A stretch of 64,000 nucleotides of DNA, taken from positions 15,810,001 through 15,874,000 of the forward strand of contig NC_079168.1 of NCBI RefSeq assembly GCF_947568905.1, given 5' to 3'. Within the stretch, counting starts at the first letter, position 1, and each line of letters starts with the position of its first letter. Both the position numbers and the translations under genes were made by a program. This stretch comes from Ostrea edulis (lineage: Eukaryota). The notes under the pieces were generated by a model. It worked only from the letters and a program-made list of their open reading frames with translations. It searched no databases and was not told the origin of the DNA. Below are positions 40,962 through 52,915 of this stretch, piece by piece.

Positions 40962-42375
40962 GGCTGAAAGGAGTGAGTTTGCTTTGCGGCAGAAAGTTAA
41001 AAAATGTTGATACACTCAGGCCGATCCGAAAAAGATGAGGTGAACAAAACTTCCCGGATGTTCGAGCGGTGATAATCCAAACACAGCAAGCTATTTACAT
41101 GTTTCATTGAGGAACATGGTCATTACCTAACAACGGTGCATGATGCTTTGAGACGAATGATAAGAGGAAGCCCCCTTATTTATTTACCAAAATAATGGCC
41201 AATCCCGATTAACGATAGCCTAGCACACTCTAGCGACGATGTCGGCTTCAAGAGCTGATTTCCTAAGCATTAGTCAAAAGTTTATCAATTACACTCTAAA
41301 ACATTTCAGTGCGGTACATGCGCTAAATCACCGAATTCCTCGCCATTGATTAAGAGGATCAGGTCTTACATCGAGTTTGATAAATGAAAGATCTAGGAAA
41401 AAGCAATCCGGACTTTATCATCGGAGCTGAAAGAGGATGCAATATGAAATGTTTGATCTCTACTATACGATTAACAGAAGGTTATGAATCTTCATTGTGA
41501 AAACTAATTTTGAAGAATGGCTTTACATTCATTAAACTCAAAGCCTGCGATCAAAGTCAGCGAGGTACAAACAATACTGAAACAATATGGCTTCAGTGTG
41601 TCTGTAGTTGTATTTGTTGTACGGTGTTGATTTAAGCTTAATATTATAGATATCAACCTGTGATCTATTTGCTGGCTTTGCGGCTATATTTCTTTTTGTT
41701 TGGCTATCATTACTTAATAATGAGTAAAATAGCATTGCAATACTAAAATATCACCTGTCATATTAGAAAATGGTTATTTGTTGCAATTGTCACAAGAAAA
41801 TTTTATTCTATTCTCATAAAATTAAATCAAGGATTGATCTTTTTCGAATTAGGAATGTACATGTGTTTTTACGTTCCAGCATCATGGTCATGAATTTAAA
41901 ATATTTTACTCCCAAATTGACAGCTTTAATTATTCTAAAAAATATATATATACATTCTCTCCGGCTTTATATATTGGGTGAGTTTTGTATATTTTAGGAT
42001 AAGAAAAGAATAGATAATGGTGTGTATACAAAGATATTTTCACAACTTTTTTTTTATTAATACAACAAACTCGGTTTGCAGCCATAACCATTATTTATAA
42101 TTGACCCCTACGGTAGCGATTGCCAAGCTATCTTAGGAGTACGACTCCCCGCTGAAAAAACCCTGAGCCCCTAACGAGAAATGTATTATTATGCCTACTG
42201 GAAGCACTTTCAAAGCCGGGAGGGGGTGAACATACGGTGCCTTCCCTCTCGGACTACGGACAAAAGAATTAAACTACGGGTAGGCTATAGTCTGTTTCAA
42301 TTAGTGCCAATGGAATTATAATTATTTGGTCAGATAACAGAGTATATGTTGTAAGCGAAGTAAAAATAATCTGAA

Positions 42376-42903
42376 GGTAATTCCACCCCATTAGAATTAT
42401 AGGTTCAATCTTATATTTGATTGTTGATTTTTCAAATAATAATTCTTAGTAACAAATAAAAGTCATAAAATAAGCATGTTGAGGTATTCATAAATTTTTT
42501 ATCAATTAGCATACTATACCTGTTATCAACGTCAGAAAATTGCAATTTTCATTAAACAGCATCATCCAAATTTCACAAAAATGTAATGATATATTAGTAT
42601 TCATAACAATTTCATGAAACTGTTTCTTTAAAAATTATACACAGTTTTTGTGAAAAATAAAGGAAATCTATCGCAAAATAGACTTGATAAATAATTTAAT
42701 GAAAACAGAGTCATTGCCCTTGGATTCAATATTTTGAAACACATCATTGATTATTCATTTTTGAAATATTTTACTGTTAACAAGATTTTTTTTACAATAA
42801 CCATTGAAAAAGATTCCGACAAAATTTACATGTCTGTCATGCATAAATCTTGTTATATCATTGACTTGCAAATCTTATGACGTTATAGGAGGGTGGAAAT
42901 ACC
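42376..42903. mobile_element. Kolobok-like MITE with 4-bp TSD (tgaa)
   Basis: tgaa|ggtaattccaccc ... gggtggaaatacc|tgaa. Confidence 0.65.
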
Positions 42904-43119
42904 TGAAGAAGAAAAAAAAAAGCGCTGATTGAAATATTGATATCATAATTTACTTTTTACCACCTTAACAGATTTAAATTAATCAAATTCTTCAAGATTT
43001 TTCAAACTAAACTCAAAGGTCTGCACTAGGACCTATCTTATTTCTGTTATACATAAATCAGTAAATCATATAAGGCATTTTGCAAATGACACATCTCGTT
43101 TTGTTATACTGAATGATGG

Positions 43120-43452
43120 TGTAAAACTTATACGGTACCAAGTTTGATGCACCAGATGCACATTTCGACAAATAATGCCTCTTCAATGATGCTCAAGGCG
43201 AAATATTGGAAATCCGAAATAACAATAAATTTGTAAAAACTAAAAAGAAAAAAACAGAGTGCCAAAGACGAGTCAAATTCGTCTAAGGATCAGAGCTAAG
43301 CACAAGGGAGATAATCCTTAATTTTGAAATGAATTTCTAAATTTTATCCCAGCAATTAAATATACATCCGTATTTTCAATCTAGTAACGAATTACTTGGC
43401 TACTGGGCTGTAGAGACCCTCAGGGACTAACAGTCCACCATCAGAGGCCTCG
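43120..43452 (-). mobile_element. Retrozyme-like or PLE pLTR-like unit carrying a hammerhead motif
   Basis: About 330-bp unit containing the hammerhead motif below. Boundaries are approximate and inferred. Confidence 0.45.
43149..43192 (-). ncRNA. Minimal type I hammerhead ribozyme motif (C3U variant)
   Basis: GCAUCA-UUGAAGA-GGCA(UUAUU)UGUC-GAAA-UGUGCA-UC-UGGUGC: stems I and II pair, near-palindromic stem III, cleavage triplet AUC. Confidence 0.7.
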
Positions 43453-43499
43453 ATGTAATTAATTCGACAGAATCATTTACATCTGATTAAAAGTAGTAG

Positions 43500-46262
43500 A
43501 CGGTGATGTACAGGAGGAGTGAGCGTGACGTCAGAGGGGTGGTTGGTGTGCAAGATTGGCTCTCAAGAAAAACTTGTCTAAATCTACAATTTCGTCTCGG
43601 TTAGTACCCAAATTTCTTTTGGATCATCAAAATCGAATTTCAAAAACAACAGTGTGAAATGGAATGTGTGAAACTCGGTGAGTTTAAAAGATATTCTACA
43701 ATTTCTTCTGTCGGGATATGTGACCAGCGAACAATATTCATTCAAGACGGGGCTTATCCAGTGACGGCATTTAAGTTACTAGTGTTTCTAACAGTGTAAC
43801 AGTATAATATCGCAACTTTTTGTAGTACCATATGTAAATTCCTGGTTATGGCAGAGGCGACAGTTTCAGAGATTTTATCTGAAAGCCATTCAGTTATTTA
43901 TGGTAATTCTGAAGGTAATCTTGAAAGTACTCAGGCCAAGGAAGTTTCGCTCGGGACAATTCATGAAGATTTCTAGACGTTCCGTCCCATAATCAATCCG
44001 TCCTTTAGTCGATTCGTCCCTAGACTATGCGTACCATAGTCGATCCGGCCCTGAAAAAATAATATTTTTCCAAGTACTATTTACAGTTGAAATGCTTGTG
44101 CGAATTGATATCAGACTTACAAATATAGAATCAAGCAATGCATCATTTGAAAAACGATTTAGTGTGATTGAAAACAAAATGTCTGGTTTAAACAAACTCA
44201 CCGAAAATGTGACAAACTTAGAAACCAAAGTGAATCGTTTTAATAGAGAGATGCACCAATGCAACAAACTGTGCAAGAAGTCGAAAACAGTGCCAGATCG
44301 ATAAGCGAAATGTTTGATGATGTGTCGTTAAGTGCTAAGAAAGATTTGAAGAGCTTAAAAGAGGAATCTCTGAAATTGGAAGAGAAATTCACTAAAAGTA
44401 TGGACGCTGTAATAAAGAAACAGGAAGAAATTCAGAGCTCGGTGACTGACTTGAAAAGCAGATCCATGCGAGATAACTTAATCTTCAGTGGCATAGCGGA
44501 AGACAGAAACGAAGATTGTGAGAAGGTACTCAGAGACTTTCTGCAAAGAAAACTCCACGTTGATTAGGACATATCATTCGAAAGAGTACACAGAATGGGA
44601 AAGTATAGAGAATACGCTGAGAGATTTCGAAACATAGTGGCAAAATTCTCATTCTATAAGGACAGGGAACATGTCCGACTCTTGGCTCCGCGCCGACTGA
44701 AAGGATCCCGGTATTGGGTGAACGAGCAGTACCCTGCGGAGGTGGAAGAACGGCGGAAGAAACTCTATCCAGTCATGAGGCAGGCCAGGGCCGACCACTG
44801 ACGCGTCAAATTGGTGAGGGATGTCCTGTACATAGACGGCGAGATGTACGTACCGGAGACGCAGTCGGAGCGCCGCGATGGGAATTCTGATAATCCTGCG
44901 AGTAATTCGACCCACGAAGCATCGAACCCTGGATCCTCCTGGAACAACCGTCCATCGGAGATGAGACAATCAGCAAAGCGTGCGCGTCAAAGCTCGACCC
45001 CTGACCGTCGCTAGGATCACGCCAGAGATCAGACAACCTCAAAACTGAAATGCCTTTCTCTGAATGTGTGCGGCTTGAAAAATAAACTGAACTATGCTGA
45101 ATTCAACGAGCTTATTAACAGTTATGATATAATTGGAGTTACTGAAACGAAGACCGGTGACTCGGACACTTCAAATACCCGGACTTGTTACCTTCTTTAA
45201 AATCGAAGGAAATTATCCAACATTAGATCGGGAGGTATTATGATTGCATTTAAAGATGAAATTGTAAAATATGTTAATATTATTGATACTGATTGTAAAT
45301 ATGTTTTCTGGTTCAAAGTAAACAAAGTAGTCCTCAATACTAATGAGGGTGCTTTATTTGGTGTGGTTTACATTCCCCCTGAGGGAAGTAAATATTCTTC
45401 AAACGATTGTTTTCTAGAAATAGAGCAAGAATTAATCACATTGTCAAATGATATGAAATATGTATGTCTTCTTGGTGATTTTAATTCTCGAACAGGTCAT
45501 TTAGATGATTTCTTTATCCCAGATAATTATTTATCAAATGCTAGACAATATGCTGATTCTTTCAAACATGATGTTGAAACCCGCTCACTCATTTTTGAGA
45601 AATTGCAAATTCCTTTAAAAAGATCCGTTAAGGACGCTGCTGTAAAACAAAGTCTTATGGATTAGTTTGTCCAGACTTGGTCAAGTGATGTTTTTAGCTC
45701 TTCCAAGGGTACAATGTACACAATTTTTAAAACAAGTTTTGGTCTGGAAACTTATCTTGAAAATCTACCTAAGAAACTCAGTAGCATCTTTTTGAAATTT
45801 CGTACCACGAACCATCGCCTCCCAGTAGAGACTGGCCGATGGTTTAGTATACCATATAACGAAAGGTTATGAGTTTTATGTAATGAAACAAAAATTGCAG
45901 ATGAATATCATTTTGTATTAGAGTGTAGTGCTTTATCCAGTATAAGAAAAGAATATCTACATAGAAAATATTGTACGAGACCAAATGTAATGAAATTTTA
46001 TGAAATCATGTCAACGAATAATGTTAAAAACCTTAAAAACTTGTGCACGTTTATTTTAAAGATATACGAATTAGTCTGTTCTCCTAACACTTAACTTCAA
46101 ATTTTTGTACATATTTATGTATATATTTCACTTTGTTTATTTGCATACCTATATACATTCCTCTGACGTTACTTGTATTGATACATGAAATTTCTGTATT
46201 GTACCTCATGTACCATTTCCATTGTGGTTTGAGCGGATAAAATGAATGAATGAATGAATGAA
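43500..46262 (+). mobile_element. CR1/L2-superclade LINE, near full length but with the RT deleted; degenerate
   Basis: ORF1 fragments from 43848 (RSMRDNLIFSGI..FERVHRMG..VNEQYP); APE domain (LNVCGL, GVTET, VYIPP, GDFNSRTG); directly followed by the C-terminal domain (FRTTNHRLPVETGRW..DEYHFVLEC); (atga)n tail. 5' boundary approximate. Confidence 0.85.
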
Positions 46263-46489
46263 CACAGTGGACAATAAACTTTAATCCAAATAAAGCAGTA
46301 AATGTTGAGTTTACCTGAAAATCAATCCATCCTCGATAATCTATTTTGGTATTCAAGGTGAATTGTGAAACCTGACAAGCATACTCATCTAAGGTTTCAT
46401 TTCCATTGAAATGGAAGTTGGTCATCAAATATCAAAGGGATTTACGAAAAAGAATACAATAATACAAATATTAGAATTAGGTAATATAT

Positions 46490-46840
46490 CACATCATAAT
46501 TACAATCTTAGGAATACTGTAAATCTTATTCTGTTTCTCATATTAGAACAACATCATATGTGAATAGTTTTCTATCTGCAACAATAAAACTCTGGAACAA
46601 TCTTCCCAAAGACGAAGCAAAATCACCTTCTATTACAACTCTTAAAACCCACAAGAAATGCTTATGTATTAAATTATACAATTATGGTAAATATCATACA
46701 TTGCCAGCTCCGAAATCGGACTAGCAATCTCAATGCGCATATTTCTTTAATCATTGTTTTTATGAGTAACCTTTGTTGTATTCCATTTGAGGATAGACAC
46801 CACATCTTCATCGAATGTACATATTACATTACTCTATTAC
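46490..46840 (+). mobile_element. CR1-type LINE 3' fragment, interrupted by the foldback element
   Basis: YNLRN..NSFLSATIKLWNNLP..HCQLRNRTSNLNAH..EDRHHIFIEC. Confidence 0.65.
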
Positions 46841-48005
46841 CACAGGGGCTAAGCCCGTTTTGGGCCCGAACTCTGTGATACCATAAATATAGAAAGGGGT
46901 CTAACTCTGACACAGATAAAAAACTAACCACTCGCTTCAAATGCCTAAAAAATCTTAAACTAGGTCAGGTATGCGTAGTTTGTCGTTTTCCTTGCATAGA
47001 TTAATGTTTTAACTACTTGCATGCCAAATCTCAAGTCACTGGTTCTTAAAATAACAAAGATATACGTCATCGTTCTCTCGATTTCACTTGTTTATTTTCA
47101 CTAGGACATTTACCGGTCCAGGTCACGGAGTCGTTTCTCGCCTATGACAGCAGCGAATTCAGACTAGTATGAAAGATTTCGGACCTGTCAATTAAAATTT
47201 CACATCAATTATACGCTACTTTCTTCCTCATATTTTAATAATGTTCTTCGTGTAGACGTTACACGACTCATTTTTCCTCAGCCGCATCAACTGTTGACAA
47301 GAGCTGCCGTTTTAATGAACGCACTAAATACCCGATAGACTTAAAATCTCAAATACCTAAAACTGATCAAAACATTATTCTTGTGATATTGCACTTAGAG
47401 AAAAAAATTGAACATTATTTCTTGGCTTTTTTAATTTTTTGTTTTTGTTTATTCTATTTCATTTAGATTATCAACACCCATTTTCCCCTTCTTTAAAGTT
47501 TTAGACATTTCGGGTATTTAGTGTATTCATTAAAATGGCAGATCTTGTCAACAGTTGATGTTGCTGAGGAAAAATAAGTCGTGTAACGTCTACACGAAGA
47601 ACATTATTAAAATATGAGGAAGTAAGTAGTGTATAATTGATGTGAAATTTTAATTGACAGGTCCGAAATCTTTCATACTAGTCTGAATTTCGCTGCTGTC
47701 ATAGGCGAGAAACGACTCCGTGACCTGGACCGGTAAATGTCCTAGTGAAAATAAACAAGTGAAATCGAGAGAACGATGACGTATATCTTTGTTATTTTAA
47801 GAACCAGTGACTTGAGATTTGGCATGCAAGTAGTTAAAACATTAATCTATGCAAGGAAAACGACAAACTACGCATACCTGACCTAGTTTAAGATTTTTTA
47901 GGCATTTGAAGCGAGTGGTTAGTTTTTTATCTGTGTCAGAGTTAGACCCCTTTCTATATTTATGGTATCACAGAGTTCGGGCCCAAAACGGGCTTAGCCC
48001 CTGTG
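46841..48005. mobile_element. Foldback DNA transposon, about 500-bp inverted arms, 8-bp TSD
   Basis: tctattac|cacaggggctaagccc ... gggcttagcccctgtg|tctattac; about 150-bp AT-rich spacer. Confidence 0.92.
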
Positions 48006-49482
48006 TCTATTACCAATGTCCCTGTAACAGTCAAAATATTGTTGTATGGTGTCAATGGTGACTGTTTAGTGTTAATTTTTTTTTAAATGATCCATTAAAT
48101 ATTTAATGAATACTGTTGTTTAAAAATGTATGAGCAGATTTACTTACTCAATACTTCACTGTAGAGCGAAACATACATGTATTTCTTAGTATACATCATT
48201 GTATGTATTTGTTATATTCTTATAGAACCGGCACCTGTAGCCCCTTTCATGTATAATTATGAATTCTTTTAATTTCCCCCCCCCCCCCCCCAATCTATTT
48301 CCTTTTCCCCCAATCATTTTGCTATTCATTGTTATAACTGACCTGTGACCAATGGGGTCTTCTATAGGCACTGCGCCTGCTGCCCAATGTATTTATGTGC
48401 AATGTATGTATTTACTGTGTATATACATGAATAAAATACTGTTAGAATTAAATGTAAACATAAAAAGCTAATACCGAGAGCTTGACAAAGGAACCGTCGA
48501 GAAGACACCCATTAGAACGCCGCGAATCTAGACCTAAGACCTTCTGAATATTAACGAATACAATTATGCTACATACCTATTAGATATATATTTCATTCTA
48601 AATCATAAACACCATTGCTAAATGAAAGGAGTAAAGTTTAAACTCTACATCTTAAAGTGCGTGACTGCTGAGTAACGTTGTATGGGTCTTATGATGTATG
48701 ACGACAGAAAATGGGGTCGATTCCTCAAGTGTAAGATACACATGGCGCATTCGCTCTTTGGAAACCTGTAGATCCGTTCAAACGATTAAATATCCTCCAC
48801 CTAGTAGTTTTCAAAGAGTTGTTTTTATAATATCACTACGCGTACATAACTTTGAAAGGCATTGAAATCTACCATCTATTCTACGGTAACCTTGCCTTTT
48901 TACCTCGAAAGAAACGAGTTGTGCTCTTTCAGCTATTTAAGGTAGCTCCACCCTCATGTGAGTTATCAAATTTAATGGTTGAAAGTAAAAACAACTGTAT
49001 TGATTTCCACTCAATATAGTTTAATTTGATTTATAACCAAAGAAAATGTGTATGTTGCCAACTTTTCTAAGATGCCTGACATACCAACACAGAAGTATTG
49101 GACTAAATAAAAAATCTCATATTTTCGTAAAACAGAATGATAAAAATAGATAAAAACTTGTTAAAATTGCAATTAGCAATGTACCAAATATCATATGAAT
49201 ATCTGCAAGCACAACCAAAAAAAGTCCGGAAAACTGATAATTCATGCTATTTTTCTAAGTCTGAAGACCATAACTAAGTGAAAAATCAACGGACCGAGAC
49301 GAAATTTGAAGTTGATCTGTAACTTGTTATGGCAAAGCAATGTACTAAATATCACTTTGAAAACGACACATGCACATCTTCAATGTGTTCATAACAACTG
49401 TACCAAGTTTGAGGAATGTCAAGTTAGAGGTGTGAAAGGAGGTGATTACACAAAATAAGTACCGTCTATTCCAGACATGCTT

Positions 49483-50403
49483 AACAAGAGTACCGCAAAC
49501 GGTACAACATACGCCCGTCGGACAGTGAAATTCAACAAACGGTACAACATACACCCGTCGGACAGTGAAATTCAACAAACGGTACAACATACGCCCGTCG
49601 GACAGTGAAATTCAACAAACGGTACAACATACACCCGTCGGACAGTGAAATTCAACAAACGGTACAACATACGCCCGTCGGACAGTGAAATTCAACCTGG
49701 AAGCATGATATGCACTCTGAATTGATACAGCACACATTCTGAATAGAAAAGCCTTAAAGTTGGTCGTGGTGCACCAATCCATCTGACATGATGTGAACTG
49801 CTTATGTTTTTCTCTGAGAGGGAGGTTGTGACAAAATGTCAATGTAATATCTGCATCTATGACGAGAAAAAGTCCAGGAAACCAATTGATCTACTTTTAA
49901 CCCTAAAGTAGGTCATAGTGCACCAATTAAGTTGAAATGTTTGAAATGTGAATTGATTATGTATTTCTCTGAGAGGGAGTTTGTGACAAAACTTCAGAGT
50001 AATTTCTGTGACCATACCGAAAAAAATCTGGAAACTGTTTCACCTACTTCTACCCCTAACGTAGGTCATAAAGCACCAATCCAGGTGAAATCCTCTGTGA
50101 TGAAGACCCAAGTTTGACTACATATCAGGGCAATGTCTGTATTCGTAATGAAAAAAACCTGGAGAACTGTTTGGCCTATTTTAGCCCAAAAGTAGGTCAA
50201 GAACGGACCATTCCAGCTGAAATGCAAACTCACTCTAGTCTTATGCTTCCCGAAGGAGAAATTGTGACCAAATATCAAAGTTGTAAATGCATCCGTTACG
50301 GAAAAAAGTACATAAAAGATTACCTCGGACGGACGGACAGCCAGCCAGACGCACGGACAGCAACATGATATAATACGGGACGTCTAATGTTGGGCGTATA
50401 ATA
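49483..50403 (-). mobile_element. HINE with a tandemly amplified 3' subterminus
   Basis: Terminal aacaagagtaccgcaaacggtac hairpin; ggacggacggacag microsatellite; ..gggcgtataataa at the other end. Confidence 0.75.
49497..49696. repeat. 5 x 40-bp tandem repeat with alternating variants
   Basis: aaacggtacaacatac(g/a)cccgtcggacagtgaaattcaac; G,A,G,A,G alternation. Confidence 0.95.
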
Positions 50404-50966
50404 ATGACACCGTTAAACTACATATAAAGTTTTCGAAAAATGTTTAATCAGTTCAAAATGACATATGCACATTTTCAATGTGCCCATAGTAACTGTACAA
50501 AGTTGAAGAATGTCAAGTTAGAGGTGTGAAAGGAGTACACAAAATAGGTACCGTCTATTCAAGACATTCTTAAAAATGACAAAGTTCAACTACGTGTAAA
50601 TATTTTTTAAAAATGTCTAATCACTTTCAAAAAGACACATGCACATCTTTAATGTGTCCATAACAACTGTACAAAGTTTGAGGAATGTCAAATTAGGTGT
50701 GAAAGGTGTTGATTACACAAATGTAATAGGTACCCATTCACCATGCTACATGTTATATAATGTATATTTCAAAGTAGGTGTTACATTAAATAATGACCCC
50801 GATAAAAACCAACCCCAGGAGTCATTTTTCAACGAATGTTTGATCGATTTTCAACGCTGAAAATTGACCCCGACCATTAATTAGCTACCCTCCCAAGCGT
50901 GAAATTTTGACCCTTGCTAAAGAATGACCCTTAGGGATCATTTCAGGTAAGACCAATGTTCAACAT

Positions 50967-51300
50967 TGATTGTATGATTGATTGATTGTATCTTGTTTTT
51001 AAAACGTCTCTTTCGAGAATTTTTCACTCATATGGAGATGTCACTAAGACCGGTGAAGGGCTTCAAATTCAGGCCTATGCTCAGCATTTAGCAGTGAGGG
51101 TTCTTTAGCGTGCCACATTTACTGTGGTACGGGACATCCGTTTTTCAGGTCATCTCCGAAGACCCGTGACATTCACACCTGATGCCGAACGTTTGGCGAT
51201 GGAACTGTCACTACCTGTTTAAACGACTCAGGTCTGTCGCGGCCGGGATTCGTACCCCGACCTTCCGCATGCGGGGCGAACGCTCTACCTCTAGACCATC
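50967..51300 (-). mobile_element. Full-length tRNA-SINE (MetaSINE-like)
   Basis: tRNA head (gtctagaggtagagcg..GGTACGAATCC), gtcccgtaccacagtaaatgtggcacgctaaagaaccc core, (caat)n tail. Confidence 0.8.
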
Positions 51301-52200
51301 CCTAAATGTACAAAATGTTTTCTGTACAGTCCATATGTCAAGTGGTGGGGTCATATTTCAATATTGCAAAAAATGACCCCAGATATGCACATGTTTCTTT
51401 GCAACGATATCTCAGTCAAGAAGAAGCGGTCATATTTCAACATTGGAAGAATACCCAAAAATATTAAATGTTTTAAGTAAAACTTCTCGAAATGCTTGTT
51501 ATGAGCATGCTGCCTTCGTTGAAGCTTGTTCTTTGCTCAAACAACAGAACACAAGTTTTATTTTTTCCAAAATTGTCATTTATTGAAAAAAAAATGACGT
51601 AATAAAACTGTGGTATGAAAAACTGGGAGTCCAATCACATTACACATTATACAATAACCATCTGGGCCAAACTCGCCTTATTGCAAACATATTTCAAAAT
51701 CATCACAAACATAAAAGGAAAGAATGCCTCCCAGTACTAGATTATAAAACCGAAGCAAAAAAGGTGGCCAAAAATTCTCCCACAAAACAAGGTGAAATAC
51801 ATACATGTATGAAACCTTGTAGGCCAAGGGGCCCAAAATGGGATAAAGTATATACATAAATGTTATACTTCAACGAACCTTACTTCAAACAATTTATTAA
51901 TATAAATTTATATTTATGTACAGTCCATATTTTGGACAAGTGGTGGAGTCATATTTCAACATTGAAAAATGATCCCAAATATACACAGTCAGGCAGTAGA
52001 GTATGGCACGTCAAACGTTGCAATGTATGATCTTTTCCATTTGTATTGTACATTTTTTCATTTGTAATGTATAATTTTTCAGTAAATTTTGTATTCCATA
52101 TTTTCCATTTGTATCGTATATTTTCCATTTGTATTGTATATTTTCCATTTCTATTTTATGGTTTCCATTTGCATTTTATATTTTCCATTTCTATTATTAT

Positions 52201-52338
52201 AAAGATCCCTTCCTGCTCAATGGCCATAAACGCCGAGCATAGGCCTAAATTTTACAGCCCTTCACCGGCAATAGTGACGTCTCCATATGAGTGAAATATT
52301 CTCGAGGAGGACGTTAAACAATATTTAATCAATCAATC
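52201..52338 (+). mobile_element. MetaSINE-like 3' fragment
   Basis: Matches 34190-34330. Confidence 0.75.
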
Positions 52339-52567
52339 TATATTTTCCACTTGTAGTATTTGATTTTGTCATTGGGAATTGTATGATTTCCATTTGTATT
52401 GATTTTTAAAAAAAATTGTTATTATAAACGAGGGATTGTTTATTTTTGTTTGTTACAAAGGATTTGATTGGATTAATCTTACGTTATCGTTTATCAAATC
52501 GTATTTATGTGTGCCCGGCGCTGGATTTGTCATTGCTAGCTACGTGTTCAACTAGCCCTACATGGAA

Positions 52568-52915
52568 CCGGTCGCAGTAGCTCAGTGATATATCCTTTGG
52601 TTCATGACTGTTAGGTCGTGAGTTCGAGCCCCGCTCGTGCCATGGCTGCATCAAACATAGGTAGTAATTACCCCTTCGCCAAACACTCGGCATTTCAATG
52701 TGAGAAGCATGGGTCTCTCGGATATGACCTTAAAAGCAGAGACCCCCGTGTTGCGGCACGTGTTGGCATGTTAAAGAACCCCAACTGCTATAACACTTTG
52801 CGCTAAGGAAAAGTCTATTTGTGGTACTGCACCTACAGCTGGTGACGTCTCAGTATGGGTGAGTGAACAATTCTGGAAGTGACGTTGACTAATTAAATCC
52901 TTCGTAACAAATCAA
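52568..52915 (+). mobile_element. tRNA-SINE (MetaSINE-like subfamily)
   Basis: gtagctcagtg A box, gagttcgagccc B box, ccccgtgttgcggcacgtgttggcatgttaaagaaccc core. Confidence 0.75.

Larger units (their letters stand above)
49280..50760. repeat. Cg170-like satellite units (about 185 bp) split by a HINE insertion
   Basis: gaatgtcaagttagaggtgtgaaagg.. recurs at about 49410, 50510 and 50685; split at cagacatgctt|..|aatgacac. Confidence 0.65.

Noticed and set aside
51230-51300. tRNA gene-like sequence (also 52568-52640 and 18610-18682)
   Set aside because: A/B boxes are followed by SINE body rather than a closing acceptor stem, so these are SINE heads.
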